Source: Ranitomeya imitator (taxonomy: Eukaryota). From it: 64,000 nt of DNA. This document shows, one piece after another, positions 12,418 to 23,382 of this stretch. The notes beneath the pieces were generated by a model, which was not told where the DNA came from, searched no databases, and was given only the letters and a program-made list of their open reading frames with translations. Location: positions 67,270,001 through 67,334,000 of the forward strand of contig NC_091283.1 of assembly GCF_032444005.1 (NCBI RefSeq). Reading direction: 5' to 3'. A program made the translations under genes and the position numbers. Numbering within the stretch: the first letter of the stretch is position 1; every line of letters begins with the position of its first letter.

Positions 12418-14995
12418 CTAGCTAAAGAGCCCGGCGTTGCCTGGGCATAGTAAATATCTGTGGTTAGTTATAGCACCTCACTTCTCTTATTTTCCCATCA
12501 CGCCTCTCATTTTCCCAATCACATCTTTCATTTTCCCCCTCACATCTCTCATTTTCTCCCTCACACCTCTCATTTTCTCCTTCACTCCTCTCATTCCCCC
12601 CTAACACTTGTCATTTCAACCTCACATCTGTCATTTTCTGATCACTCCACTATTTTTCCTCACTTCTCTCATTTTGCACTCACACCTTTTCATTTTCACC
12701 TCACACCTCTCATTTTCACCTCATCACCTCAGTATATACATGTTTGTCATCTCCCTTATATATAGTATACATCTGTAGGTCATCTCCTGTATATAGTATA
12801 TACCGGTATGTCATCTCCCCTGTATATAGTATATACCTGCTGTGTGTCATCTCCCATATATATAGTATATACCTGAATGTCATCTCCTTCTATATATAGT
12901 ATATACCTGTATGTCATCTCCTCCTGTATATAGTATATACCTGTGTGTCATCTCCCCTGTATATAGTATATATCTGAGTGTCATCTCCTCCTGCATATAG
13001 TATATACCTGCATGTCATCTTCTATATATAGCATATACCTGTATGTCATCTCCTCCTGTGTATAGTATATACCTGTGTGTCATCTCCCCTGTATACAGTA
13101 TATATCTGAGTGTCATCTCCTCCTGCATATAGTATATACCTGCATGTCATCTTCTATATATAGCATATACCTGTATGACATCTCCTCCTGTATATAGTAT
13201 ATACCTGTATGTCATCTCCTCCTGTATATATATGTACCTATATGTCATCTCCTCCTCTATATAGTATATACCTGTGTGTCATCTCTCCTGTATATAGTAT
13301 ATATCTGTGTGTCATCTCCCCTGTATATAGTATATACCTGTGTGTCATCTCCTCCTGTATTAGACCTCATTCACACGTTATTTGCTCAGTATTTTTACCT
13401 CAGTATTTGTAAGCTAAATTGGCAGCCTGATAAATCCCCAGCCAACAGGAAGCCCTCCCCTGGCAGTATATATTAGCTCACACATACACATAATAGACAG
13501 GTCATGTGACTGACAGCAGCCATATTTCCTATATGGTGCAATTGTTGTAGTTTGTCTGCTTATTAATCAGATTTTTATTTTTGAAGGATAATACCAGACT
13601 TGTGTGTGTTTTAGGGCGAGTTTCGTTTGTCAAGTTGTGTGTGTTGAGTTGCGTGTGGCGACATGCATGTAGCGACTTTTATGAGATGAGTTTTGTGTAG
13701 CAACATGCGTGTAGCAACTTTTTGTGTGTCGAGTTACATGTGACAGGTTAGTGCAGCAAGTTGTGTGCAGCAAGTTTTGCGCATGGCGAGTTTTGCGCGT
13801 TGCGAGTATTATGTGTGGTGCCTTTTGAGTATGTGCAAGTTTTGTGTGAGGCAACTTTTGCATGTGTTGCAACTTTTGTGCATGTGGCAATTTTTCCGCG
13901 TGTGCAAGTTTTGCGTGTGGCGAGTTTTTCATGAGGAGAATTTTGCACTTGTGGCGAGTTTTGCAAGAGCCTAGTTTTTGCATGTGGCGAGTTCTGCGCG
14001 TGGCGAGTTTTGAGTGGCGACTTTTGTGTTTTGACTTTTATGTGGCGAGGTTGGTGTATTTGTGGTGAAATGTGTGCTGAGGGTAATATGTGTTCAAGCA
14101 CGTGGTAGTGTGTGGCGCATTTTGTGTGTGTTCATATCCCCGTGTGTGGTGAGTATCCCATGTCGAGGCCCCACCTTAGCAACTGTACGGTATATACTCT
14201 TTGGCGCCATCGCTCTCATTCTTTAAGTCCCCCTTGTTCACATCTGGCAGCTGTCAATTTGCCTCCTACACTTTTCCTTTCATTTTTTCCCATTATGTAG
14301 ATAGGGGCAAAATTGTTTGGTGAATTGGAAAGCGTGGGGTTAAAATTTCACCTCACAACATAGCCTATGACGCTCTCGGGGTCCAGACGTGTGACTGTGC
14401 AAAATTTTGTTGCTGTAGCTGCGACGCTTCCAACACTTTTCCTTTCACTTTTTCCCCATTATGTAGATAGGGGCAAAATTGTTTGGTGAATTGGAACGCG
14501 CGGGGTTAAAATTTCGCCTCACAACGAAGCCTATGACGCTCTCAGGGTCCCGACGTGTGGCTGTGCAAAATTTTGTTTCTGTAGCTGCGACGCCTCCAAC
14601 ACTTTTCCTTTCACTTTTTTCCCCATTATGTAGATAGGGGCAAAATTGTTTGGTGAATTGGAAAGCGTGGGGTTAATATTTCACCTCACAACGTAGCCTA
14701 TGATGCTCTCAGGGTCCAGACGTGTGACTGTGCAAAATTTTGTTGCTGTAGCTGCGACGCCTCCAACACTTTTCCTTTCACTTTTTTCCCCATTATGTAG
14801 ATAGGGGCAAAATTGTTTGGCGAATTGGAACGCGCGGGGTTAAAATTTCGCCTCACAATATAGCCTATGACGCTCTCGAGGTCCAGACGTGTGACTGTGC
14901 AAAATTTTGTGGCTGTAGCTGCGACGGTGCAGCTGCCAATCCCGGACATACACACATACACACACACACACACACATTCAGCTTTATATAGTAGA
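12418..14995 (-). mobile_element. Non-autonomous Helitron family A, copy 2 (head-to-tail with copy 1)
   Basis: CTAG at 12418-12421 abuts the 5' end of copy 1. Its own 5' end (TCTACTATATAAAG on minus) is at 14995, preceded by A. The pair splits the host sequence at a single A|T. Confidence 0.85.
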
Positions 14996-15108
14996 TATGG
15001 CTCGAGTCCTACGTGGGGTACGGCCGTATTAGGGGCTGTTGTGTATAGCATTTGTATGCTTTTTAAGTGTTTTTATATGTCTATGTGTTTGTTACCCTTG
15101 TTTGTATA

Positions 15109-16760
15109 CAGTTAGGTCCATATATATTTGGACAGAGAGAACATTTTTCTAATTTTGGTTATAGACATTACCACAATGAATTTTAAACAAAGCAATTCAG
15201 ATGCAGTTGAAGTTCAGACTTTCAGCTTTCATTTGAGGGTATCCACATTAAAATTGAATGAAGGGTTTAGGAATTTCAGCTCCTTAACATGTGCCACCCT
15301 GTTTTTAAAGGGACCAAAAGTAATTGGACAATTGACTCCAAGGCTATTTAATGGACATGTGTGGGCAATCCCTTTGCTATGTCATTCTCAATTAAGCAGA
15401 TAAAAGGCCTGGAGTTGATTTGAGGTGTGGTGCTTGCATTTGGAAGGTTTTGCTGTGAAGTTAACATGCGGTCAAAGGAGCTCTCCATGCAGGTGAAACA
15501 AGCCATCCTTACGCTGCGAAAACAGAAAAAACCCTTCCGAGAAATTGCCACAATATTAGGAGTGGCAAAATCTACAGTTTGGTACATCCTGAGAAAGAAA
15601 GAAAGCTCAGGTGAACTCATCAATGCAAAAGGACCTGGGCGCCCACGGAAGACAACAGGGGTGGATGATCGCAGAATAATCTCCATGGTGAAGAGAAACC
15701 CCTTCACAACAGCCAACCAAGTGAACAACACTCTCCAGGAGGTCGGCGAATCAATATCCAAATCTACCATAAAGAGAAGACTGTATGAAAGTAAATACAG
15801 AGGGTTCACTGCACGGTGCAAGCCACTCATAAGCATCAAGAATAAAAAGGCTAGACTGGACTTTGCTAAAAAGCATCTAAAAAAGCCAGCACAGTTCTGG
15901 AAGAACATTCTTTGGACAGATGAAGCCAAGATCAACCTCTACCAGAATGATGGAAAGAGAACAGTATGGCGAAGGCGTGGTACAGCTCATGATCCAAAGC
16001 ATACCACATCATCTCTAAAACACGGCGGAGGCAGTGTGATGGCTTGGGCATGCATGGCTGCCAGTGGCACTGGGTCACTAGTGTTTTTTGATGATGTGAC
16101 ACAGGACAGAAGCAGCCAAATGAATTCTGAGGTATTCAGAGCCGCCATACTGTGTGCTCAGATCCAGCCAAATGCAGCCAAACTGATTGGTCGTCGTTTC
16201 ATACTACAGATGGACAATGACCCAAAACATAAAGCCAAAGCAACCCAGGAGTTTATTAAAGTAAAGAAGTGGAATATTCTTGAATGGCCAAGTCAGTCAC
16301 CTGATCTCAACCCGATTGAGCATGCATTTCACTTGTTAAAGACTAGACTTCAGACAGAAAGGCCCACAAACAAACAGTAACTGAAAACCACCGCAGTGAA
16401 GGCCTGGCAGAGCATCAAAAAGGAGGAAACACGGCGTCTGGTGATGTCCATGAGTTCAAGACTTCAGGCAGTCATTGCCAACAAAGGGTTTTCAACCAAG
16501 TACTAAAAATGAACATTTTATTTAAAAATTATTGAATCTGTCTAATTACTTTTGGTCCTTTTAAAAACAGGGTGACACATGTTAAGGAGCTGAAACTCCT
16601 AAACCCGTCATCCAATTTTAATGTGGATACCCTCAAATGAAAGCTGAAAGTCTGAACTTCAACTACATTGGAATTGTTTTGTTTAGCATTCATTGTGGTA
16701 ATGTCTATAACCAAAATAAGAAAAATGTTGTCTCTGTCCAAATATATATGGACCTAACTG
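15109..16760 (+). mobile_element. Full-length Tc1 transposon (1652 bp) with ~220-bp TIRs and TA TSD
   Basis: CAGTTAGGTCCATA...TATGGACCTAACTG. TA at 15107-15108 and 16761-16762. Confidence 0.95.
15466..16506 (+). pseudogene. Tc1 DD34E transposase with one premature stop
   Basis: ATG at 15466 (MRSKELSMQVKQ). Motifs GRPRKTT, WTDEAK, QMDNDPKH and SPDLNPIEH. TAA at 16378-16380, then the frame continues (LKTTAVKAWQSI...STKY) to a stop at 16506. Confidence 0.9.
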
Positions 16761-18024
16761 TATATATTTCAATAAAGCTGTGTATATATTTTTTGCCATA
16801 TCCTTGTTGTGGTGATCCCCTTTCTTAGGACCTTGTCTGTTTCTCTTTCTGTGTATGTGTTCAAAATGGTTCCCAGCTGAAACAGACATGCAAGAATAAC
16901 TAAGTGACCTATTGTTAACTTGGCAGGAGAACATTATTTATTAAATATGAGTGATTGACATTCAGAGGTCACGTGTCCATCATGACTGGGGGGGGGGTGA
17001 CCACAAACTCCAAAAGGTTTGTTGTTTTTTTTTAATTCAGCCATGCACAACCTCTTTTAACTCCTTAAGGACACTGCATAGGTTAGTATCGTAATGACAT
17101 GGCAATTTTTAATTTTTCCCCTCTCTCCAATTTTAAAAGCCATAATAATTTTTTTCTATCTACATAGTATGCCAGAGGGTGATCTTCTCAAAGAAGATAA
17201 CTTCTATGAATAATATATGACAATACTGAAAATTTGTAATGAGAAATTTGGTCTAGAAAACAGGGCTGTCTTTTCTAAGAAGTGGTCTTCTAAGTGGTTG
17301 ATTGTGGAAGCAAACAAAAATGTTGCCACTTAGCATTTACAAATGCTAGAACTCTTGATATGATGTAATGCAGGAATTTGTGGGGTTAATTGTTATGAAA
17401 GGCAATTCAGTACCACAATGGACATAGCGGTCAGAGCACATACAGTGATCTGACAATAACCCAAAATCATAGAACGAGCTCTGAGACGTGGGAACTCTGC
17501 AGACCGCAATCCCTAATCCTCTCCAAACAACACTACAGGCAGCCGTGGATTGCGCCTAACTCTGCCTATGCAACTCGGCACAGCCTGAGAAACTAACTAG
17601 CCTGAAGATAGAAAATAAGCCTACCTTGCCTCAGAGAAATACCCCAAAGGAAAAGGCAGCCCCCCACATATAATGACTGTGAGTTAAGATGAAAAGACAA
17701 ACGTAGAGATGAAATAGATTCAGCAAAGTGAGGCCCGACTTTCTTAACAGAGCGAGGATAGAAAAGGTAACTTTGCGGTCTACACAAAACCCTAAAGAAA
17801 ACCACGCAAAGGGGGCAAAAAGACCCTCCGTACCGAACTAACGGCACGGAGGTACACCCTTTGCGTCCCAGAGCTTCCAGCAACAAATTAGACAAGCTGG
17901 ACAGAAAAAACAGCAAACAAATAGCAAAGAAGAACTTAGCTATGCAGAGCAGCAGGCCACAGGAATGATCCAGGGAAAAGCAAGTCCAACACTGGAACAT
18001 TGACAGGAAGCCAGGATCAAAGCA

Positions 18025-19608
18025 TTAGGTGGAGTTAAGTAGAGAAGCACCTAACGACCTCACCAGATCACCTGAGGGAGGAAACTCAGAAGCCGCAGTA
18101 CCACTTCCCTCCACCAACAGAAGCTCACAGAGAGAATCAGCCGAAGTACCACTTGTGACCACAGGAGGGAACTCTGCCACAGAATTCACAACAGTACCCC
18201 CCCCTTGAGGAGGGGTCACCGAACCCTCACCAGAGCCCCCAGGCCGACCAGGATGAGCCACATGAAAGGCACGAACAAGATCGGGAGCATGGACATCAGA
18301 GGCAAAAACCCAGGAATTATCTTCCTGAGCATAACCCTTCCACTTAACCAGATACTGGAGTTTCCGTCTAGAAACACGAGAATCCAAAATCTTCTCCACA
18401 ATATACTCCAATTCCCCCTCCACCAAAATCGGGGCAGGAGGATCAACAGATGGAACCATAGGTGCCACGTATCTCCGCAACAATGACCTATGGAATACGT
18501 TATGTATGGAAAAAGAATCTGGAAGGGTCAGACGAAAAAACACAGGATTAAGAACCTCAGAAATCCTATACGGACCAATGAAACGAGGTTTAAACTTAGG
18601 AGAGGAAACCTTCATAGGAATATGACGAGAAGATAACCAAACCAGATCCCCAACACGAAGTCGGGGACCCACACGGCGTCTGCGATTAGCGAAACGTTGA
18701 GCCTTCTCCTGGGACAAGGTCAAATTGTCCACTACATGAGTCCAAATCTGCTGCAACCTGTCCACCACAGTATCCACACCAGGACAGTCCGAAGACTCAA
18801 CCTGTCCTGAAGAGAAACGAGGATGGAACCCAGAATTGCAGAAAAATGGCGAAACCAAGGTAGCCGAGCTGGCCCGATTATTAAGGGCGAACTCAGCCAA
18901 TGGCAAAAAGGACACCCAGTCATCCTGATCGGCAGAAACAAAGCATCTCAGATATGTTTCCAAGGTCTGATTGGTTCGTTCGGTCTGGCCATTAGTCTGA
19001 GGATGGAAAGCCGAGGAAAAAGACAAGTCAATGCCCATCCTACCACAAAAGGCTCGCCAAAACCTTGAAACAAACTGGGAACCTCTGTCAGAAACGATAT
19101 TCTCTGGAATGCCATGTAAACGAACCACATGCTGGAAGAACAATGGCACCAAATCAGAGGAGGAAGGCAATTTAGACAAGGGTACCAGATGGACCATCTT
19201 AGAAAAGCGATCACAGACCACCCAAATGACTGACATCTTTTGAGAAACGGGAAGATCTGAAATAAAATCCATAGAGATATGTGTCCAAGGCCTCTTCGGG
19301 ACCGGCAAGGGCAAAAGCAACCCACTGGCACGAGAACAGCAGGGCTTAGCCCGAGCACAAATCCCACAGGACTGCACAAAAGCACGCACATCCCGCGACA
19401 GAGACGGCCACCAAAAGGATCTAGCCACTAACTCTCTGGTACCAAAGATTCCAGGATGACCAGCCAACACCGAACAATGAACCTCAGAGATAACTTTATT
19501 GGTCCACCTATCAGGGACAAACAGTCTCTCCGCTGGACAACGATCAGGTTTATTAGCCTGAAAATTTTTGCAGCACCCGCCGCAAATCAGGGGAGATGGC
19601 AGACACAA
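18025..19608 (-). pseudogene. pol: Integrase plus C-terminal chromodomain
   Basis: HHCC finger (H..GHPG..C..C), ISMDFI, VSDRGSQF, QTNGQTERTN, GPY motif, and chromodomain EYIVEKILD..YLVKWKGY..SW. The ORF runs through the PPT into the 3' LTR. Confidence 0.93.
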
Positions 19609-20362
19609 TTACTCCTTCCTTGAGGATAACCGCCGGCTCAGACAAACCCGGAGAGTCGGGCACAAAACTCCTAGACAGAGCATCAACCTTCACATTTTTA
19701 GAGCCCGGAAGGTACGAAATCACAAAGTCAAAACGGGCAAAAAACAGCGACCAACGAGCCTGTCTAGGATTCAACCGCTTAGCAGACTCAAGATAAGTCA
19801 AGTTCTTATGATCAGTCAATACCACCACGCGATGCTTAGCTCCTTCAAGCCAATGACGCCACTCCTCGAATGCCCACTTCATGGCCAGCAACTCTCGGTT
19901 GCCCACATCATAATTTCGCTCAGCAGGCGAAAACTTCCTGGAAAAAAAAGCGCATGGTTTCATCACTGAGCAATCAGAACCTCTCTGCGACAAAACAGCC
20001 CCTGCTCCAATCTCAGAAGCATCCACCTCGACCTGGAACGGAAGAGAAACATCTGGTTGACACAACACAGGGGCAGAAGAAAAACGACGCTTCAACTCCT
20101 GAAAAGCTTCCACAGCAGCAGAAGACCAATTGACCAAATCAGCACCCTTCTTGGTCAAATCGGTCAATGGTTTGGCAATAGTAGAAAAATTGCAGATGAA
20201 GCGACGATAAAAATTAGCAAAGCCCAGGAACTTTTGCAGACTTTTCAGAGATGTCGGCTGAGTCCAATCATGGATGGCTTGGAACTTAACAGGATCCATC
20301 TCGATAGTAGAAGGGGAAAAGATGAACCCAAAAATGAAACCTTCTGCACACCAAAGAGACAC
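19553..20362 (-). pseudogene. pol: RT connection and RNase H segment of pol
   Basis: [31 protein letters not shown] and TDHKNL. Frameshifted at both ends. Confidence 0.92.
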
Positions 20363-22368
20363 TTTGATCCCTTCACAAACAAAGAATTAGCACGCAGGAC
20401 CTGAAAAACTGTTCTGACCTGCTTCACATGAGACTCCCAATCATCCGAGAAAATCAAAATGTCATCCAAGTACACAATCAGGAATTTATCCAGGTACTCT
20501 CGGAAGATGTCATGCATAAAGGACTGAAACACTGATGGAGCATTGGCAAGTCCGAACGGCATCACTAGATACTCAAAATGACCCTCGGGCGTATTAAATG
20601 CAGTTTTCCATTCATCTCCTTGCCTGATTCGCACCAGATTATACACACCACGAAGATCTATCTTGGTGAACCAACTAGCCCCCTTAATCCGAGCAAACAA
20701 ATCAGATAACAATGGCAAGGGGTACTGAAATTTAACCGTGATCTTATTTAGAAGGCGGTAATCTATACAAGGTCTCAGCGAACCATCCTTCTTGGCTACA
20801 AAAAAGAACCCTGCTCCTAATGGTGACGATGACGGGCGAATATGCCCCTTCTCCAGGGATTCCTTCACATAACTGCGCATAGCGGCGTGCTCAGGCACGG
20901 ATAAATTAAACAGTCGACCTTTTGGGAATTTACTACCAGGAATCAAATTGATAGCACAATCACAATCCCTATGCGGAGGTAGGGCATCGGATTTGGGCTC
21001 ATCAAATACATCCCAGTAATCAGACAAGAACTCTGGAACCTCAGAAGGGGTGGATGACGAAATTGACAGAAATGGAACATCACCATGTACCCCCTGACAA
21101 CCCCAGCTGGACACCGACATGGATTTCCAATCTAATACTGGATTATGGGCTTGTAGCCATGGCAACCCCAACACGACCACATCATGCAGATTATGCAACA
21201 CCAGAAAGCGAATAACCTCCTGATGTGCAGGAGCCATGCACATGGTCAGCTGGGTCCAGTATTGAGGCTTATTCTTGGCCAAAGGCGTGGCATCAATTCC
21301 TCTCAATGGAATAGGACACTGCAAGGGCTCTAAGAGAAACCCACAACGCTTAGCATACTCCAAGTCCATCAAATTCAGGGCAGCGCCTGAATCCACAAAT
21401 GCTATGACAGAATACGATGACAAAGAACAGATCAAGGTAACGGACAGAAGAAATTTTGACTGTACCGTACCAATGGTGGCAGACCTAGCGAACCGCTTAG
21501 TGCGCTTAGGACAATCAGAAATAGCATGAGTGGAATCACCACAGTAGAAACACAGCCCATTCAGACGTCTGTGTTCTTGCCGTTCAACTCTGGTCAAAGT
21601 CCTATCGCACTGCATAGGCTCCGGTATAAGCTCAGGTAATACCGCCAAATGGTGCACAGATTTACGCTCACGCAAGCGTCGACCGATCTGAATGGCCAAA
21701 GACATAGACTCATTCAAACCAGCAGGCATAGGAAATCCCACCATGACATCCTTAAGGGCTTCAGAGAGACCCTTTCTGAACATAGCTGCCAGCGCAGATT
21801 CATTCCATTGAGTGAGCACGGACCACTTTCTAAATTTCTGACAATATACCTCTATCTCATCCTGACCCTGACAAAGAGCCAGCAAATTTTTCTCTGCCTG
21901 ATCCACTGAGTTAGGTTCATCGTACAGCAATCCGAGCGCCAGGAAAAACGCATCGATATTACTCAATGCAGGATCTCCTGGTGCAAGAGAAAATGCCCAG
22001 TCCTGAGGGTCGCCGCGCAAAAAAGAAATAACAATCAAAACCTGTTGAACTGGATCACCAGAGGAGCGAGGTTTCAAGGCCAGAAATAATTTACAATTAT
22101 TTTTGAAACTCAGAAACTTAGTTCTATCTCCAAAAAACAAATCAGGAATAGGAATTCTTGGTTCTAACATAGATTTCTGATCAATAGTGTCTTGAATCTT
22201 TTGTACTCTTGCCGAGAGCTGATCCACAAATGAAGACAGACTTCTAATGTCCATCGCTACACCTGTGTACTGAACCACCCAAATGTCTAGGGGAAAAAAA
22301 AGGCAAAACACAGTGCAAAGAAAAAAAATGGTCTCAGAACTTCTTTTTTTCCCTCTATTGAGAATCAT
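20245..22368 (-). pseudogene. gag-pol: Gag-protease-RT, single frame, ending in a frameshift
   Basis: CCHC knuckle CFYCGDSTHAISDC, protease FVDSGA, RT motifs LRPCIDYR, MPFGLANAP and YLDD. The frame shifts near 20360. Confidence 0.93.
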
Positions 22369-22377
22369 TAGTACTTT

Positions 22378-22388
22378 TGGCTTCCTGT
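22378..22388 (-). promoter_or_regulatory. Non-tRNA PBS (self-priming type) of family 0
   Basis: Minus-strand ACAGGAAGCCA lies 2 nt inside the 5' LTR. It is complementary to LTR sequence TGGCTTCCTGT (minus strand 18013-18003; one mismatch in the 5' LTR copy at ~23003-23013). Confidence 0.7.
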
Positions 22389-23327
22389 ACTGTTATGAAA
22401 GGCAATTCAGTACCACAATGGACATAGCGGTCAGAGCACATACAGTGATCTGACAATAACCCAAAATCATAGAACGAGTTCTGAGACGTGGGAACTCTGC
22501 AGACCGCAATCCCTAATCCTCTCCAAACAACACTACAGGCAGCCGTGGATTGCGCCTAACTCTGCCTATGCAACTCGGCACAGCCTGAGAAACTAACTAG
22601 CCTGAAGATAGAAAATAAGCCTACCTTGCCTCAGAGAAATACCCCAAAGGAAAAGGCAGCCCCCCACATATAATGACTGTGAGTTAAGATGAAAAGACAA
22701 ACGTAGAGATGAAATAGATTCAGCAAAGTGAGGCCCGACTTTCTTAACAGAGCGAGGATAGAAAAGGTAACTTTGCGGTCTACACAAAACCCTAAAGATA
22801 ACCACGTAAAGGGGGTAAAAAGACCCTCCGTACCGAACTAACGGCATGGAGGTACACCCTTTGCGTCCCAGAGCTTCCAGCAACAAATTAGACAAGCTGG
22901 ACAGAAAAAATAGCAAACAAATAGCAAAGAAGAACTTAGCTATGCAGAGCAGCAGGCCACAGGAATGATCCAGGGAAAAGCAAGTCCAACACTGGAACAT
23001 TGACAAGAAGCCAGGATCAAAGCATTAGGTGGAGTTAAGTAGAGAAGCACCTAACGACCTCACCAGATCACCTGAGGGAGGAAACTCAGAAGCCGCAGTA
23101 CCACTTCCCTCCACCAACAGAAGCTCACAGAGAGAATCAGCCGAAGTACCACTTGTGACCACAGGAGGGAGCTCTGCCACAGAATTCACAACAGTTAATA
23201 TGCTGAATCATGATATAAGAAAATGGTGAGTCAGATAAATTCTTTTGAAATGTCTAATTACCAGTTAAAAATAAAAAAACTATTCCCATCTCTTACCTTA
23301 CTTGTATATCTGCAGGATATATCATAA

Positions 23328-23345
23328 TCTAATATATAAAGCTGA

Positions 23346-23382
<37 letters not shown>

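Larger units (their letters stand above)
8584..16851 (-). mobile_element. 5'-truncated PLE-type 3' end with a long 5' inversion, later interrupted by two Helitrons, a solo LTR and a Tc1
   Basis: Left arm ~8645-9226 is the reverse complement of 9494-9856 + 14996-15108 + 16761-16857. The 267-bp spacer holds a hammerhead-like motif. TGTATGTGTTCAAAATG at 8567-8583 and 16852-16868 flanks the whole unit. Confidence 0.75.
17391..23193 (-). mobile_element. Complete Ty3/Gypsy chromovirus (Tf1/sushi type), family 0
   Basis: 803-bp LTRs at 17391-18193 and 22391-23193 (TG...CA, about 8 substitutions by eye). Polypurine tract (PPT) beside 18194. Order gag-PR-RT-RH-IN-chromodomain. Flanks GTTAAT on both sides. 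Confidence 0.97.

Noticed and set aside
17593-18000. 135-137 aa ORF present in both family 0 LTRs as an accessory gene
   Set aside because: It is duplicated only because LTRs are, is low-complexity hydrophobic, and has no recognisable motif.
23321-23327. Shared ATCATAA 5' flank of Helitron copies 3 and 4 as evidence of segmental duplication
   Set aside because: Similarity ends within about 10 bp, the copy 4 flank belongs to a Tc1 TIR, and copy 2 has a different flank.
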